64,000 bases of DNA from Candidatus Pelagibacter sp. (GCF_052048095.1 NZ_JBNAKG010000001.1:193300-257299), one strand, 5' to 3'. Positions 10,904 through 21,189 are shown, counted from the first letter of the stretch. Made by a program: numbers and translations. Notes: a model not told the origin generated them from the sequence alone.

Positions 10904-11509
10904 ATGACTAAAATAAAAACTCATAAATTATTTCCTATACCAATTTTTGAATTCAAAATTCAAAATCATGAAAATTTAAATAGTGAATTAGAAGAATACA
11001 TATATAAACTTCGAAAAAATGATCCTAAAGGAATGAATTTATCAAATAGTGGTGGCTGGCATTCACCTTATTTTAATATTAGAGACACTGAAGTTTTAAA
11101 AAAATTTGTGAAAATTGTTTATAATTATCTTCATGAAATAATTACAAAAGAATATGGTTGGGAGTTTAAGAGTGAAAAAGTATTTATTGAGGCTATGTGG
11201 TCAATAATAAATAAAAAAAATTCCTATAATCTTAGACACGTTCACCCAAATTGTATGTTAAGTGCTGCGTATTATGTTAAGGCAAAAAAAAATTGTGGAA
11301 AAATACAGTTTTGGGATCCTACAGAAGCTAAAATTATGAGACATCCATTTGTATCTAAATTTACAGATTTATCTATTGAGTCAATTAAATTTGAGCCAGA
11401 GGAAGGTACATTATTTATTTTTCCTGCTTACCTACATCATGCTGTAGAAAAGAACTTGTCTGATGAGGATAGAATTGTAATTAGTTTCAACGTTGATATT
11501 GTAAAATAG
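10904..11509 (+). CDS. TIGR02466-family putative 2OG-Fe(II) oxygenase
   Basis: LFPIPI start, SNSGGWHS, HVHPNCMLSAAYYV, EGTLFIFPAYLHHAV, DRIVISFN. Confidence 0.8.
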   Translation: MTKIKTHKLFPIPIFEFKIQNHENLNSELEEYIYKLRKNDPKGMNLSNSGGWHSPYFNIRDTEVLKKFVKIVYNYLHEIITKEYGWEFKSEKVFIEAMWSIINKKNSYNLRHVHPNCMLSAAYYVKAKKNCGKIQFWDPTEAKIMRHPFVSKFTDLSIESIKFEPEEGTLFIFPAYLHHAVEKNLSDEDRIVISFNVDIVK

Positions 11510-11510
11510 A

Positions 11511-12086
11511 CTACAATTTATAACCAAAATCTGAATTTATAATAAAATCTTCATCATTAAAATTTTCTCTAATTTTTTTTCTTAATCTATAAATATGCGT
11601 TTCAACTGTATGAGTTTCCAAATCATTTTGATGATTCCAAATATTCTTTTGTAAATCTTGAACTGTTTTTGATTTATAGTTTGAAAAAAGATATAAGATT
11701 ATCTGAATTTCTTTTTCTGTAAGTTTTAGTTGTGTATTTTTTTTAGAGATTAATTTTGAATTGATATCAAGATTATAATCTTTAATTTTGATATTTGCTT
11801 GATTGTGAAAATTAACTTTTAAAAATTGTATATTAATTTTAACTATAAGATCACGAATTTTTAATGGTAAATTTTTTATTTCCAAAATTTGATTAAATTT
11901 AAATTTACTAATCAGTTCAGGTTCAACTTTATTTATTAAATAAATAGTATTGTTCGAAATAAAATTATCTTTATTCAAGTTTTCTGATTTTATGAAAATA
12001 ATTTCATATGGAAAGTAATTTTTTAATTCAAAGAGAATTTCATATAGAGTTTTTGAATTAACAATACATAAATTTTTGTTTATCAT
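11511..12086 (-). CDS. OmpR-type winged-helix DNA-binding protein with eroded receiver domain
   Basis: C-terminal LTEKE...IWN...ETHTVETHIYRLRKKI; the N-terminus has no recognisable receiver motifs. Confidence 0.8.
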   Translation of the reverse strand: MINKNLCIVNSKTLYEILFELKNYFPYEIIFIKSENLNKDNFISNNTIYLINKVEPELISKFKFNQILEIKNLPLKIRDLIVKINIQFLKVNFHNQANIKIKDYNLDINSKLISKKNTQLKLTEKEIQIILYLFSNYKSKTVQDLQKNIWNHQNDLETHTVETHIYRLRKKIRENFNDEDFIINSDFGYKL

Positions 12087-12098
12087 ACAAAAAATATA

Positions 12099-12590
12099 AT
12101 GAATATTTATTTAAAAAATAACAATACACTTTGTGTTGGTGACTTTCAATTTAGATGTTCAATTGGAAAAAATAAACTGAAAAAAAATAAATCTGAAGGT
12201 GATAAATCTACACCAATAGGAAAGTTTAAATTAAAATACTTGTATTATAGAAAAGACCGAATTAAAGAAATAACAACTAAGATAAAAAAGAAAATAATAA
12301 AAAAAAATTTAGGTTGGTGTAATGATATTAAAAGTAAAGAATACAACAAACCAATAATTATAAACAAAAGAATAAATCATGAAAAAATGTATAGATATGA
12401 TGAAAAGTATAATTTGGTTATTGTATTAGATCATAATATGAAGAATCCTATTCCTGGAAAAGGAAGTGCTATTTTTATCCATATAACTAACAATTATTCA
12501 CCAACTGCTGGGTGCATAGCATTAAGCAGAAAAGATTTGGTAATATTATTAAAAGTAATATCAAATAATACCTATATCGTAATAAATTAA
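12099..12590 (+). CDS. L,D-transpeptidase family protein (YkuD-like)
   Basis: EGDKSTPIG, GKGSAIFIH, PTAGCIAL (His/Cys catalytic motif). Confidence 0.85.
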   Translation: MNIYLKNNNTLCVGDFQFRCSIGKNKLKKNKSEGDKSTPIGKFKLKYLYYRKDRIKEITTKIKKKIIKKNLGWCNDIKSKEYNKPIIINKRINHEKMYRYDEKYNLVIVLDHNMKNPIPGKGSAIFIHITNNYSPTAGCIALSRKDLVILLKVISNNTYIVIN

Positions 12591-13243
12591 CCTCTTTGAC
12601 CAAAGATGTTTGACCCGATTCTTAAGTAACTAGACCCACAATTTGCTGCTGTTAGATAATCATTAGACATGCCCATACTCAATTCTTTTAAAGATAAATC
12701 TAAAGCTAATGATTTTAATTCAAAAAAGTATTTTTTTGGATCTTCAATTGCAGGTGGTAAACACATTAATCCAATGATATTTAAATTTAATTCTTTTGTA
12801 CATTTTTTATAAAATTCTTTTAAAGAATTTTTTTCAATCCCACTTTTTTGAGACTCATTTGCCAAATTAACTTGAATAAAAATTTTTGGTTTAAAATTTT
12901 TTTTTATTTGTTCTAATGAAATTTTTTCAGCTAATTTAATATTATCAAGTGAGTGAATATAATCAAACAAAGGTAATAAAAACTTTACTTTGTTTGTTTG
13001 AATTTTTCCCAACATATGTAATTTAATTTTGGAATTTTCAGATTTTACTTTTGTCCACTTTTCAGTTGCCTCCTGTATCTTATTTTCACCAAAATGAACC
13101 TGTCCATGTAAAATTAAGGGATATATATTATTAATATCGAATGTTTTGCTAACTGCTACTATTGTAGGAGTTTTATCCTTGGCTGTATCTAATTGTTTTA
13201 ATTGGTTTTGAATAGTTATTAAGTTATTAACCGTTTTATGCAT
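12587..13243 (-). CDS. yggS: Pyridoxal phosphate homeostasis protein (YggS/PipY)
   Basis: IVAVSKT, FGENKIQE, HMLGKIQTNK, LSMGMSNDY, LRIGSNIFG. Start at 13243 or 13246. Confidence 0.93.
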   Translation of the reverse strand: MHKTVNNLITIQNQLKQLDTAKDKTPTIVAVSKTFDINNIYPLILHGQVHFGENKIQEATEKWTKVKSENSKIKLHMLGKIQTNKVKFLLPLFDYIHSLDNIKLAEKISLEQIKKNFKPKIFIQVNLANESQKSGIEKNSLKEFYKKCTKELNLNIIGLMCLPPAIEDPKKYFFELKSLALDLSLKELSMGMSNDYLTAANCGSSYLRIGSNIFGQRG

Positions 13244-13771
13244 CATAATAAATTATTAATATATACATATATTGAAAATTTTGACTCAAATCTCATAATT
13301 AATTTACCAAAAAAAATATCTCTAATATACAGAAATTATGAAAAAACAAATAATAATAATGAGATTTTAAAAATTGTTAAATTGTGCAAAAAAATTAAAC
13401 GTAAAATTTTTATATCTAATAATATAAAGTTAGCGATTAAATTAAATACAGATGGAGCTTACGTGCCTTCTTTTAATAATAATTTAAATGTCAGATATTT
13501 AAAATTTAAAAAAAATTTTGAATTAATTGGTTCAGCTCATACATATAAAGAAATTAAGATAAAAAAAATGCAGAATATTAATAAAATTTTTTTATCACCA
13601 ATTTTTGAGAGTCAAAAATCAAAAAAAAATTTAGGTATATATAGGTTTTTACAATTAAAAAAATATGCAAATGTAGAAATAATTTGTTTAGGAGGTATAA
13701 AAAAACATAATTTGAAAATATTTAAAATGATTAAACCAGCAGGATTTGCATCTATTTCTTTATTTAGGTAA
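13238..13771 (+). CDS. Thiamine-phosphate synthase-like (TenI/ThiE fold) protein
   Basis: IGSAHT, FLSPIF, LGGIK motifs; short and degenerate relative to true ThiE. Confidence 0.68.
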   Translation: MHHNKLLIYTYIENFDSNLIINLPKKISLIYRNYEKTNNNNEILKIVKLCKKIKRKIFISNNIKLAIKLNTDGAYVPSFNNNLNVRYLKFKKNFELIGSAHTYKEIKIKKMQNINKIFLSPIFESQKSKKNLGIYRFLQLKKYANVEIICLGGIKKHNLKIFKMIKPAGFASISLFR

Positions 13772-13792
13772 ATAAATTAAAATACTTACAGA

Positions 13793-15352
13793 ATGATCAA
13801 AAAAAATGAAATTGAATATATAAAAAATGAATTAGAAAAAATAAAAAAATTTTTTACTGTTCAAAAATATGATGTTGTAATTGAAAAAACTAAAAAATTA
13901 CTAAAAAAAGATAAATATCAATTAGTCTTTTATAACTATATCGGACTTTCCTATAAACAATTAAATAAACTGGATGAAGCAACAAAAATTTTTAAACAAG
14001 CATTAAAAATTTTTCCACAAAGTGAAAGTTTACTAGGAAATATTGGATCTGTTTTAAGATTATCTGATAAGCTATACGAGGCTGAAGAGTATTTTGAAAG
14101 ATCTCTAAAAATAAATCCAAATAATGTAAGCACATTAGTAAATTATGGAAACCTTAAGCGTGATCAAAATAAAATTGAAGAAGCGATAGAAATTTATGAA
14201 AAAGCAAGAAGTTTAGATAAAAATATAGAAATATTACTAATCAATTTAGCTTCAACATACCAAGTAATTGGAAAATTTGATAAGTCAGAGGAAATTTTGA
14301 AAGATCTTAGTGAGAGATTTCCTAATAACACCTTATCAGACAAACTTTTCAGTAATTTTCATAAATATGAAACTAATGATGACCACCAGGATAAGATGTT
14401 AGAAAAAATAAAAAACCCTAACATTAATAATGAAAACTTAATGACTTTAAGTTTTGCTCTAGCAAAATCCTATGCAGATCAAAAGAATTATAAGAAATCT
14501 GCAGAATATTTTACTTTAGGAAATGAAACAAAATATAAGATGTTTTTGAATTATAATTTCAATAAAATAGAAAGAGAAAGATTTGAAACGATCAAAAATT
14601 TGTTTGTCGACATTGATCTTGAAAAATTCAATGAAAACAATGATGCCAACTTGATATTTGTTGTAGGATTGCCTCGATCTGGAACAACACTAACACATCA
14701 AATAATTTCATCCCACTCTAAGGTTTATGGGGCCGGTGAATTGCCTATTTTGAATAATTTTTTTTCACCAAAAATTTTTGATGATAACTTTTTAACTTTT
14801 TTTAAAAATCCAAAAATTAGATCTGGCTACATTAAAGAAATTTCTTATGAAGTATTAAAATACTTTAAAGAGTACAATGAAAATTTAATTATATTGGATA
14901 AATCACCTTTAAATTTTGAATGGATAGGCTTTATTAAATTGCTATTTCCTTCTGCTAAAATTGTACATTGTACAAGAAATTTAAAAGACACAGCCTTATC
15001 AATCTACAAAAATGTTTTCGATGGTTCATCTTTGCCGTGGAGTTACAATCAAAGTGAATTGGTTAAATTTATTAATTTATACCAAGACTTAATGAGATTT
15101 TGGGACCATAAGCTTCCAAATCAAATTTATAATTGCAATTATGAAAATTTAGTAAGTAATCCAAATGATGAGATACCAAATTTGATTAAGTTTTTAAATC
15201 TAAATTGGGAAGAAAATTGTTTAGATCATACTAAAAATGATACTGTTATAAAAACTGTCAGTATATCACAAGCTAGAAAACCAATTTATAAAAACTCGAT
15301 AAACCTAAATAATGAGTTTACTAAATATCTAGACTTTTTGAAAAAATTATAA
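13793..15352 (+). CDS. TPR-repeat sulfotransferase
   Basis: N-terminal TPRs (e.g. YNYIGLSYKQLNKLDEATKIFKQALKIFP), 5'-PSB FVVGLPRSGTTL, DKSPLN, 3'-PB HCTRNLKDTALS, C-terminal KTVSISQARKPIY. Confidence 0.9.
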   Translation: MIKKNEIEYIKNELEKIKKFFTVQKYDVVIEKTKKLLKKDKYQLVFYNYIGLSYKQLNKLDEATKIFKQALKIFPQSESLLGNIGSVLRLSDKLYEAEEYFERSLKINPNNVSTLVNYGNLKRDQNKIEEAIEIYEKARSLDKNIEILLINLASTYQVIGKFDKSEEILKDLSERFPNNTLSDKLFSNFHKYETNDDHQDKMLEKIKNPNINNENLMTLSFALAKSYADQKNYKKSAEYFTLGNETKYKMFLNYNFNKIERERFETIKNLFVDIDLEKFNENNDANLIFVVGLPRSGTTLTHQIISSHSKVYGAGELPILNNFFSPKIFDDNFLTFFKNPKIRSGYIKEISYEVLKYFKEYNENLIILDKSPLNFEWIGFIKLLFPSAKIVHCTRNLKDTALSIYKNVFDGSSLPWSYNQSELVKFINLYQDLMRFWDHKLPNQIYNCNYENLVSNPNDEIPNLIKFLNLNWEENCLDHTKNDTVIKTVSISQARKPIYKNSINLNNEFTKYLDFLKKL

Positions 15353-15383
15353 AAAAAAAGGCCCCAGAAAATGGGGCCCTTTT
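15351..15383. terminator. Intrinsic terminator between convergent sulfotransferase and porin genes
   Basis: A9-GGCCCCA-GAAAA-TGGGGCC-CTTTT; the long U-tract lies on the minus (porin) strand. Confidence 0.88.
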
Positions 15384-15408
15384 ATTAATTTAAATTCTAA
15401 TCTTTAAA

Positions 15409-16401
15409 TTAGAATGCAAATGATACTGCAATTTCTGTGTGCTCAGACACGTTTGCAGCTGTGTTTGCAATGTTTTTACCTTCGTTTTGGTGGGCTTTAA
15501 TTGTAATTCCACCCATTGAGTAACCGATTGAGTAACCTGAAAGTTCTTGATCAGTTGTAGAACCTTCTTTTTCAGTTTCAGACTCTCCGTAAGAAATTGA
15601 TAGGTTTTCGTTTACTGCGAAAGCAATACCGTATGCAGCTGTTTCAAGATCATTAGTTGCACCTGCAGGCTCAACATCTGAAACTTGGTAACCAGCAGTT
15701 ACTGGACCATAAGCGTACGTTACAGCGTAAGTTTGCATATCATCATCTTGAGTACCATTGCTGTTACCTTTAGAACCTGTACCAGCGTAGATGTTTAAAC
15801 CATCCATTGGTGCTACTTGTACTGCAATTGAAGTAGCAGAGTTTACTCCACCAGTACCAGATGTAGAACCATCGTCTACAGAACCTGTAGTTCCTTTAGT
15901 TCCATAACCAGCATTGATAGTTACCATATCCATTGAGTAGTTGAAATTGAAACCATTCATACCACCATCAACTCTACCCACTGGGGCTTCGTTAGTAGTA
16001 GTTTGACCAGCGTCAATACCATTCCATACTTCTTCATCAGCTGTTGGCATTACGTCATCAATTTTACCAATACCAAGATCACCTGAATCTTGTTGGTAAG
16101 TTAATGATCCCATGTCTCCCATGTCGTAAGTCAATGTTGAAGTTGACTTATCACCACCCGCTGTTGAAAGCGCGTGCATTAATGATACTGTGTGACCATT
16201 ATCTAGTTCACCTGATCCACTTAATGAGATAGCTTGTTGCATACCAATTCTGCTACCATCGTCTTGTGTATCTTCGTTACCAGTGTTTGCTGTGTATGTC
16301 ATTTTAGCACCACCAGTTACTGTTAACTCACCAGCACTAGCAGAAAACGCTACTAATGAACCAGCAAGAGCTGAAAGACCAATTTTTTTTAAGTCTGTCA
16401 T
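15409..16401 (-). CDS. Outer-membrane porin
   Basis: Signal peptide ending AFSASA, Gly/Thr/Asp-rich beta-strand pattern, C-terminal VSFAF, strong SD (AAGGAGA), its own terminator. Confidence 0.85.
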   Translation of the reverse strand: MTDLKKIGLSALAGSLVAFSASAGELTVTGGAKMTYTANTGNEDTQDDGSRIGMQQAISLSGSGELDNGHTVSLMHALSTAGGDKSTSTLTYDMGDMGSLTYQQDSGDLGIGKIDDVMPTADEEVWNGIDAGQTTTNEAPVGRVDGGMNGFNFNYSMDMVTINAGYGTKGTTGSVDDGSTSGTGGVNSATSIAVQVAPMDGLNIYAGTGSKGNSNGTQDDDMQTYAVTYAYGPVTAGYQVSDVEPAGATNDLETAAYGIAFAVNENLSISYGESETEKEGSTTDQELSGYSIGYSMGGITIKAHQNEGKNIANTAANVSEHTEIAVSFAF

Positions 16402-16516
16402 GTTTTCTCCTTTGTTTGTTTATTTAGTATTATTATTAATAATAACGGTGCAATAATTACCAAAATGCCACTAAAATGGTTAATTATTTAAGGAAAATTT
16501 ATCTTTTTTTTCTAAG

Positions 16517-16534
16517 TGTGATAAAAATATCACA
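16517..16534. promoter_or_regulatory. Inverted repeat, candidate transcription-factor site
   Basis: TGTGAT-N6-ATCACA in the porin/DUF3576 divergent intergenic region. Confidence 0.45.
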
Positions 16535-16597
16535 TATTGTTTGCTATTAGTTTTTATTTGTATGTTCTAACAAATAAATTAAATAGATATTACCGAA

Positions 16598-17176
16598 ATG
16601 ACAAAGTTTTTTAAATCTTCAATCATATTTTTTTTGATAATATTGTTTTTTAATAGCTGTGGTATTTACAGGCCTGTTGATACTAGGAAGGTGCCTATTA
16701 ATGCCAATGAAAGAACAAAAAAAAATATTCAACAAGGTAAAGGTTTCACTTTGTTTGACTCACAAAAAAATAAAGGCTCGGGAAATTTTGAATTTGCATC
16801 CTCCAATCCTATGTGGCGAGCCTCAATTAAACTTTTAGATTTTACTCCATTTAGTAATGTTGACTATGCAGGTGGAATAATAATTACAGATTGGTTTAAT
16901 AATGATGATGCTAATTCAAATGAGTCAATCAAAATTACAGTTAAATTTCTATCTAATGAAGTAAGAGCCGATGGAATAAACGTACTTATTTACAAAAAAA
17001 TTTGCAACACTAATAGTAACAATTGTACTGTTTCAAAAATCGATTCTGATTTATCTAATGAGATTAAATTAGCTATCTTGAAAGAAGCAGCCATAATAAA
17101 AGAATTTGAAGACAGTCAAATAGTTAGACCTGATTTCCAAATGCCAGGTGAAGGCACTGACAATAACCAATTATAA
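16598..17176 (+). CDS. DUF3576-family lipoprotein
   Basis: Lipobox FNSC, NPMWRASIKLLDF, DYAGGIIITDW; sits upstream of leuS as in other alphaproteobacteria. Confidence 0.78.
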   Translation: MTKFFKSSIIFFLIILFFNSCGIYRPVDTRKVPINANERTKKNIQQGKGFTLFDSQKNKGSGNFEFASSNPMWRASIKLLDFTPFSNVDYAGGIIITDWFNNDDANSNESIKITVKFLSNEVRADGINVLIYKKICNTNSNNCTVSKIDSDLSNEIKLAILKEAAIIKEFEDSQIVRPDFQMPGEGTDNNQL

Positions 17177-17202
17177 TAAATTAGTTAAACCATATCTATA
17201 AA

Positions 17203-19740
17203 ATGGAAAGATATAATTTTAAATTCGTCGAAGAAAAATGGCAAAACTATTGGGACAAAAATAAAACATTTAAGACTTCAGAAGATACAAATAAAAAAAA
17301 ATTTTATTGTTTAGAAATGTTTCCCTATCCATCTGGAAAAATTCATATGGGTCATGTTAGAAATTATACTATAGGTGATATTCTTGCGCGTTTCAAAATT
17401 TTACAAGGATACAATGTTTTACATCCTATGGGATGGGACTCTTTTGGTATGCCTGCTGAAAATGCAGCCAGACAAAATAAACTAGATCCTAAAAGTTGGA
17501 CTGAAAAAAATATTTCTGTAATGAAATCTCAACTAAAAAAGTTAGGACTTTCTATAGATTGGGATAGAGAGATTTCAACTTGCTCATCTGATTATTATCG
17601 TCATCAACAAGAATTTTTTTTAGAACTTTATGACAAAGGTCTTGTTTATAAAAAAGAAAATTATGTTAATTGGGATCCCGTTGATCAAACAGTTTTAGCT
17701 AATGAACAAGTAATAGATGGTAAGGGATGGAGATCTGGCGCTGTAGTTGAAAGAAAAAAATTAAATCAATGGTTTTTTAGAATTACAGAATTTTCAGAAG
17801 AATTGTTGGCTAATCTTGAAAAATTAAATGAATGGCCCAACAAAGTCAAAATAATGCAAAAAAATTGGATTGGTAAATCATTTGGATCGGAAGTTAGTTT
17901 TCCAATTACTAATTCAGAAAAAATTAAAGAAATTAAATGTTATACAACTCGACCAGATACATTATTTGGTCTTTCATTTTTAGCTTTGTCTGTTGATCAT
18001 CCTATTTCGAAATTTTATGAAAATGATGAAAAATTTAACGAATTTAAAAAGAAATGTTCACAAAGTGGAACAACTGAAGAGTCTATAGCCAATGCAGAAA
18101 AAATTGGTTTTAAAACACAATTATTAGCAACAAACCCGTTAGATAAAAATCAACAAGTGCCTGTATATTTTGCTAATTTTGTACTTATGGATTATGGGTT
18201 GGGTGCTGTGTTTGGTTGTCCTGCGCATGACCAAAGAGATTTAGATTTTGCTTTGAAATATAAATTAAATGTAAAAACGGTAGTAACACCTGATATAAAT
18301 AATAAAGATTTCGCAATATCAAATGAAGCCTACACGGGACCAGGCTACATATTTAATTCAGAATTTTTAGATGGATTAAAATGTCCTGAAGATTCAATTA
18401 TAAAAACAATAGAATATTTAGAAAAAAATAAGTTGGGCACAAGAAAAGTTAATTACAGATTAAAAGACTGGGGTATTTCTCGTCAACGTTACTGGGGTTG
18501 TCCCATACCAATTTTGTACGATGAAAATGGAAAAGAAACCAAAGTTCCTCTAAATCAATTACCTGTTGAGCTACCTGAAGTAAAAGAATTGTCAGAGGCA
18601 GGAAACCCTCTTGATGACATTCAGGAATGGAAACATATCGAAATTGATGGAAAAAAATATACAAGAGAAACAGATACCCTTGATACCTTTGTTGATTCAT
18701 CCTGGTACTTTCTAAGATTTTGTTCGCCTAAAAATGAAAGTTATGGTTTTCAATATGATGAAATGAAATATTGGATGCCTGTCGATCAGTATATTGGTGG
18801 TGTTGAACATGCTATTCTACACCTATTATACTCACGTTTTTTCATGCAAGCTCTTTCTCATAAGAATGACAAAGTTGATATTACAGAACCATTCAAAGGA
18901 TTATTTACTCAAGGAATGGTGTGTCATGAAACATATAAAGATCAAAATAATAATTGGTTATATCCTAATGAAATTACATCAATAAATAACGAAAAATTTT
19001 TAAAATCAGATCCTAAACAAAAAGTGATTGTTGGTCCCTCAGAATCAATGTCTAAATCCAAGAAAAATACTGTAGACCCTGAAACAATTATTCAAAATTT
19101 TGGCGCAGATGCTACGAGGTTATTCATAATTTCTGATAGCCCACCTGAAAAAGATGTACAGTGGTCGGAACAAGGAATAGAAGCATCTTATAAATTTATT
19201 CAAAAGCTTTGGACATTACATCATAAATTTATGAATGAAATGAGATCCAACCATCAAAAAAATGATGATGATGAAATAGATAAAATCACAAACAAATTCT
19301 TAAATAAGATTACAACCAACCTAGAAAATTTTAATTATAATGTAATTGTTGCAAATATACATGAATTATATAATAACTTGAGTACTCTACTTAAAAAAAA
19401 TTATACAAAAAAAACACTTAAAGAAAATTACACTATATTATTAATTAGTATTTCACCTATAGTTCCTCATTTATCAAATGAATGTTTAGAGCAATTAGGA
19501 ATTAAAGAAAATATTATTTGGCCAAACATAAACAGAGACTATCTGGTGAATGAAAAAATTAATTTTGTAATTCAAATAAACGGAAAAAAGAGAGAAATCT
19601 TACAAGTCGATAGAGATTTAGATGAAGATAGAATTATGGATCAAATAAATTCATCAAAAAATCTTAAAAAACATTTAAAAGACACCGTAATTAGAAAGAA
19701 AATTTTTGTACCTAATAGATTAATAAATATCATAATATAG
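17203..19740 (+). CDS. leuS: Leucyl-tRNA synthetase
   Basis: [13 protein letters not shown] (HIGH), [21 protein letters not shown] (KMSKS). Confidence 0.98.
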   Translation: MERYNFKFVEEKWQNYWDKNKTFKTSEDTNKKKFYCLEMFPYPSGKIHMGHVRNYTIGDILARFKILQGYNVLHPMGWDSFGMPAENAARQNKLDPKSWTEKNISVMKSQLKKLGLSIDWDREISTCSSDYYRHQQEFFLELYDKGLVYKKENYVNWDPVDQTVLANEQVIDGKGWRSGAVVERKKLNQWFFRITEFSEELLANLEKLNEWPNKVKIMQKNWIGKSFGSEVSFPITNSEKIKEIKCYTTRPDTLFGLSFLALSVDHPISKFYENDEKFNEFKKKCSQSGTTEESIANAEKIGFKTQLLATNPLDKNQQVPVYFANFVLMDYGLGAVFGCPAHDQRDLDFALKYKLNVKTVVTPDINNKDFAISNEAYTGPGYIFNSEFLDGLKCPEDSIIKTIEYLEKNKLGTRKVNYRLKDWGISRQRYWGCPIPILYDENGKETKVPLNQLPVELPEVKELSEAGNPLDDIQEWKHIEIDGKKYTRETDTLDTFVDSSWYFLRFCSPKNESYGFQYDEMKYWMPVDQYIGGVEHAILHLLYSRFFMQALSHKNDKVDITEPFKGLFTQGMVCHETYKDQNNNWLYPNEITSINNEKFLKSDPKQKVIVGPSESMSKSKKNTVDPETIIQNFGADATRLFIISDSPPEKDVQWSEQGIEASYKFIQKLWTLHHKFMNEMRSNHQKNDDDEIDKITNKFLNKITTNLENFNYNVIVANIHELYNNLSTLLKKNYTKKTLKENYTILLISISPIVPHLSNECLEQLGIKENIIWPNINRDYLVNEKINFVIQINGKKREILQVDRDLDEDRIMDQINSSKNLKKHLKDTVIRKKIFVPNRLINIII

Positions 19741-19744
19741 ATAA

Positions 19745-20200
19745 ATGAAAAAAATTAATTTCTTTCTAACTCTTCTAATTTTGATTCAAGGTTGTGGATT
19801 TACTCCTGTATACATTTCAAGTGATAGTGTAAATTTTAATATTGAGAACGTCACATATGAAGGAGATCAAGAAATAAATAACTATATAAAAATTGGACTA
19901 AAAAAATATAATGCAAAAAATTCGGATAAAGCAAACTTTAAGATTTCTGCTAAAACTAACTACACAAAAATAGCTCAATCAAAAGATACGAAAGGTAACA
20001 CTCAAACATTTAAAGTACAAAGCACTGTAGCTTTTTTAGTGATTAATAATAATCAATCTTTTGAATTAATTTATTCAGAACAATCTGAAATGAATAATTC
20101 AGATGATACCTTTGAATTAAAATCGCTTGAAAATACAATAAAACAAAACTTTGCTTCTAGTATGGTTGATAAATTAATATTAGATTTATCTAGTAGGTAA
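19745..20200 (+). CDS. lptE: LPS assembly lipoprotein LptE
   Basis: Lipobox IQGCGFTPVY; lies between leuS and holA. Confidence 0.75.
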   Translation: MKKINFFLTLLILIQGCGFTPVYISSDSVNFNIENVTYEGDQEINNYIKIGLKKYNAKNSDKANFKISAKTNYTKIAQSKDTKGNTQTFKVQSTVAFLVINNNQSFELIYSEQSEMNNSDDTFELKSLENTIKQNFASSMVDKLILDLSSR

Positions 20201-21189
20201 TGATTTTTAAGTTTTATGAACTTAATAAAATTGATTTAAAAAGTATTAGAACTTTTCTTATTCATGGAAAAAATGATGGTGCTAAAAATTCAATCATAAA
20301 TCATATTAAAAAAATTGATAATGAGTGCGAAAAAATTAAATACACAGAAAAAGAAATATTAAACCAGAATGATGAATTCTATAATACTGTTCTCAATAAA
20401 TCATTTTTTGAAGAGAAAAAAATAATAATTGTTGATCAGGTTACAAGTAAAATAAAAAAGATCTTAGAAGATATCTTTGACAAAATTTCAGATGATATTT
20501 ACTTGGTCATTTTATCAGATCCTTTAGACAAAAAATCTGCTTTAAGGTTAGATTTTGAAAAAAGTAAAAACCATGCATGCATTGCTGTTTATCCTGAAAA
20601 TGAACAAACTATGATATCTTACGCTTCTAATTTTTTTTCTAAAAATAAAATATCAATCTCAAATGCTAATATTAACATGATCGTCAGTAAATGCTCGAAT
20701 GATATTGAAAATCTCAAAAATGAACTAAATAAAATTGAAATATATCTAAAAGATAAAAAAAATATTACCTCAGAAGAGATATTAAAATTAACTAACCTTA
20801 TTGAAAATCATAGTTTTTATGAATTAGTCAATAATTGTTTGGCATTAAATAACAAAAAGACTGTGAATATTTTAAATGAAAATAATTATAGCAGTGAAGA
20901 TACTATAACTATTATTCGAATTTTTTTAAGCAAAGCAAAACAACTAAATATTTTAGCTAAAGAATTTGAAAATTCAAAAAATATAGACTCAACCATAGCT
21001 AAGGCAAGACCTCCAATTTTTTGGAAAGATAAAGAAACAACTAAACTTCAGATTAAATATTGGACACAAAATAAAATCAAAAAACTATTAGATAAAATTA
21101 ATGAAACAGAATTATTAATAAAAAAAAACTCACAAAACTCACTGCAAATTCTATTTGATCTTATTTTAAATATAAAAATTAATAATTAG
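20200..21189 (+). CDS. holA: DNA polymerase III subunit delta
   Basis: leuS-lptE-holA synteny; ARPPIFWKDK motif. Confidence 0.85.
   Translation: MIFKFYELNKIDLKSIRTFLIHGKNDGAKNSIINHIKKIDNECEKIKYTEKEILNQNDEFYNTVLNKSFFEEKKIIIVDQVTSKIKKILEDIFDKISDDIYLVILSDPLDKKSALRLDFEKSKNHACIAVYPENEQTMISYASNFFSKNKISISNANINMIVSKCSNDIENLKNELNKIEIYLKDKKNITSEEILKLTNLIENHSFYELVNNCLALNNKKTVNILNENNYSSEDTITIIRIFLSKAKQLNILAKEFENSKNIDSTIAKARPPIFWKDKETTKLQIKYWTQNKIKKLLDKINETELLIKKNSQNSLQILFDLILNIKINN

Noticed and set aside
13238-13771. Calling this gene a functional thiE
   Set aside because: It is short and lacks clear ThiE substrate-binding motifs, so it is left as ThiE/TenI-fold without a symbol.
15409-16401. Higher-GC segments (porin, symporter at 54383-56451) as horizontally acquired islands
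   Set aside because: The shift is explained by Gly/Ala/Thr-rich proteins and high-expression codon usage; no mobility signatures.
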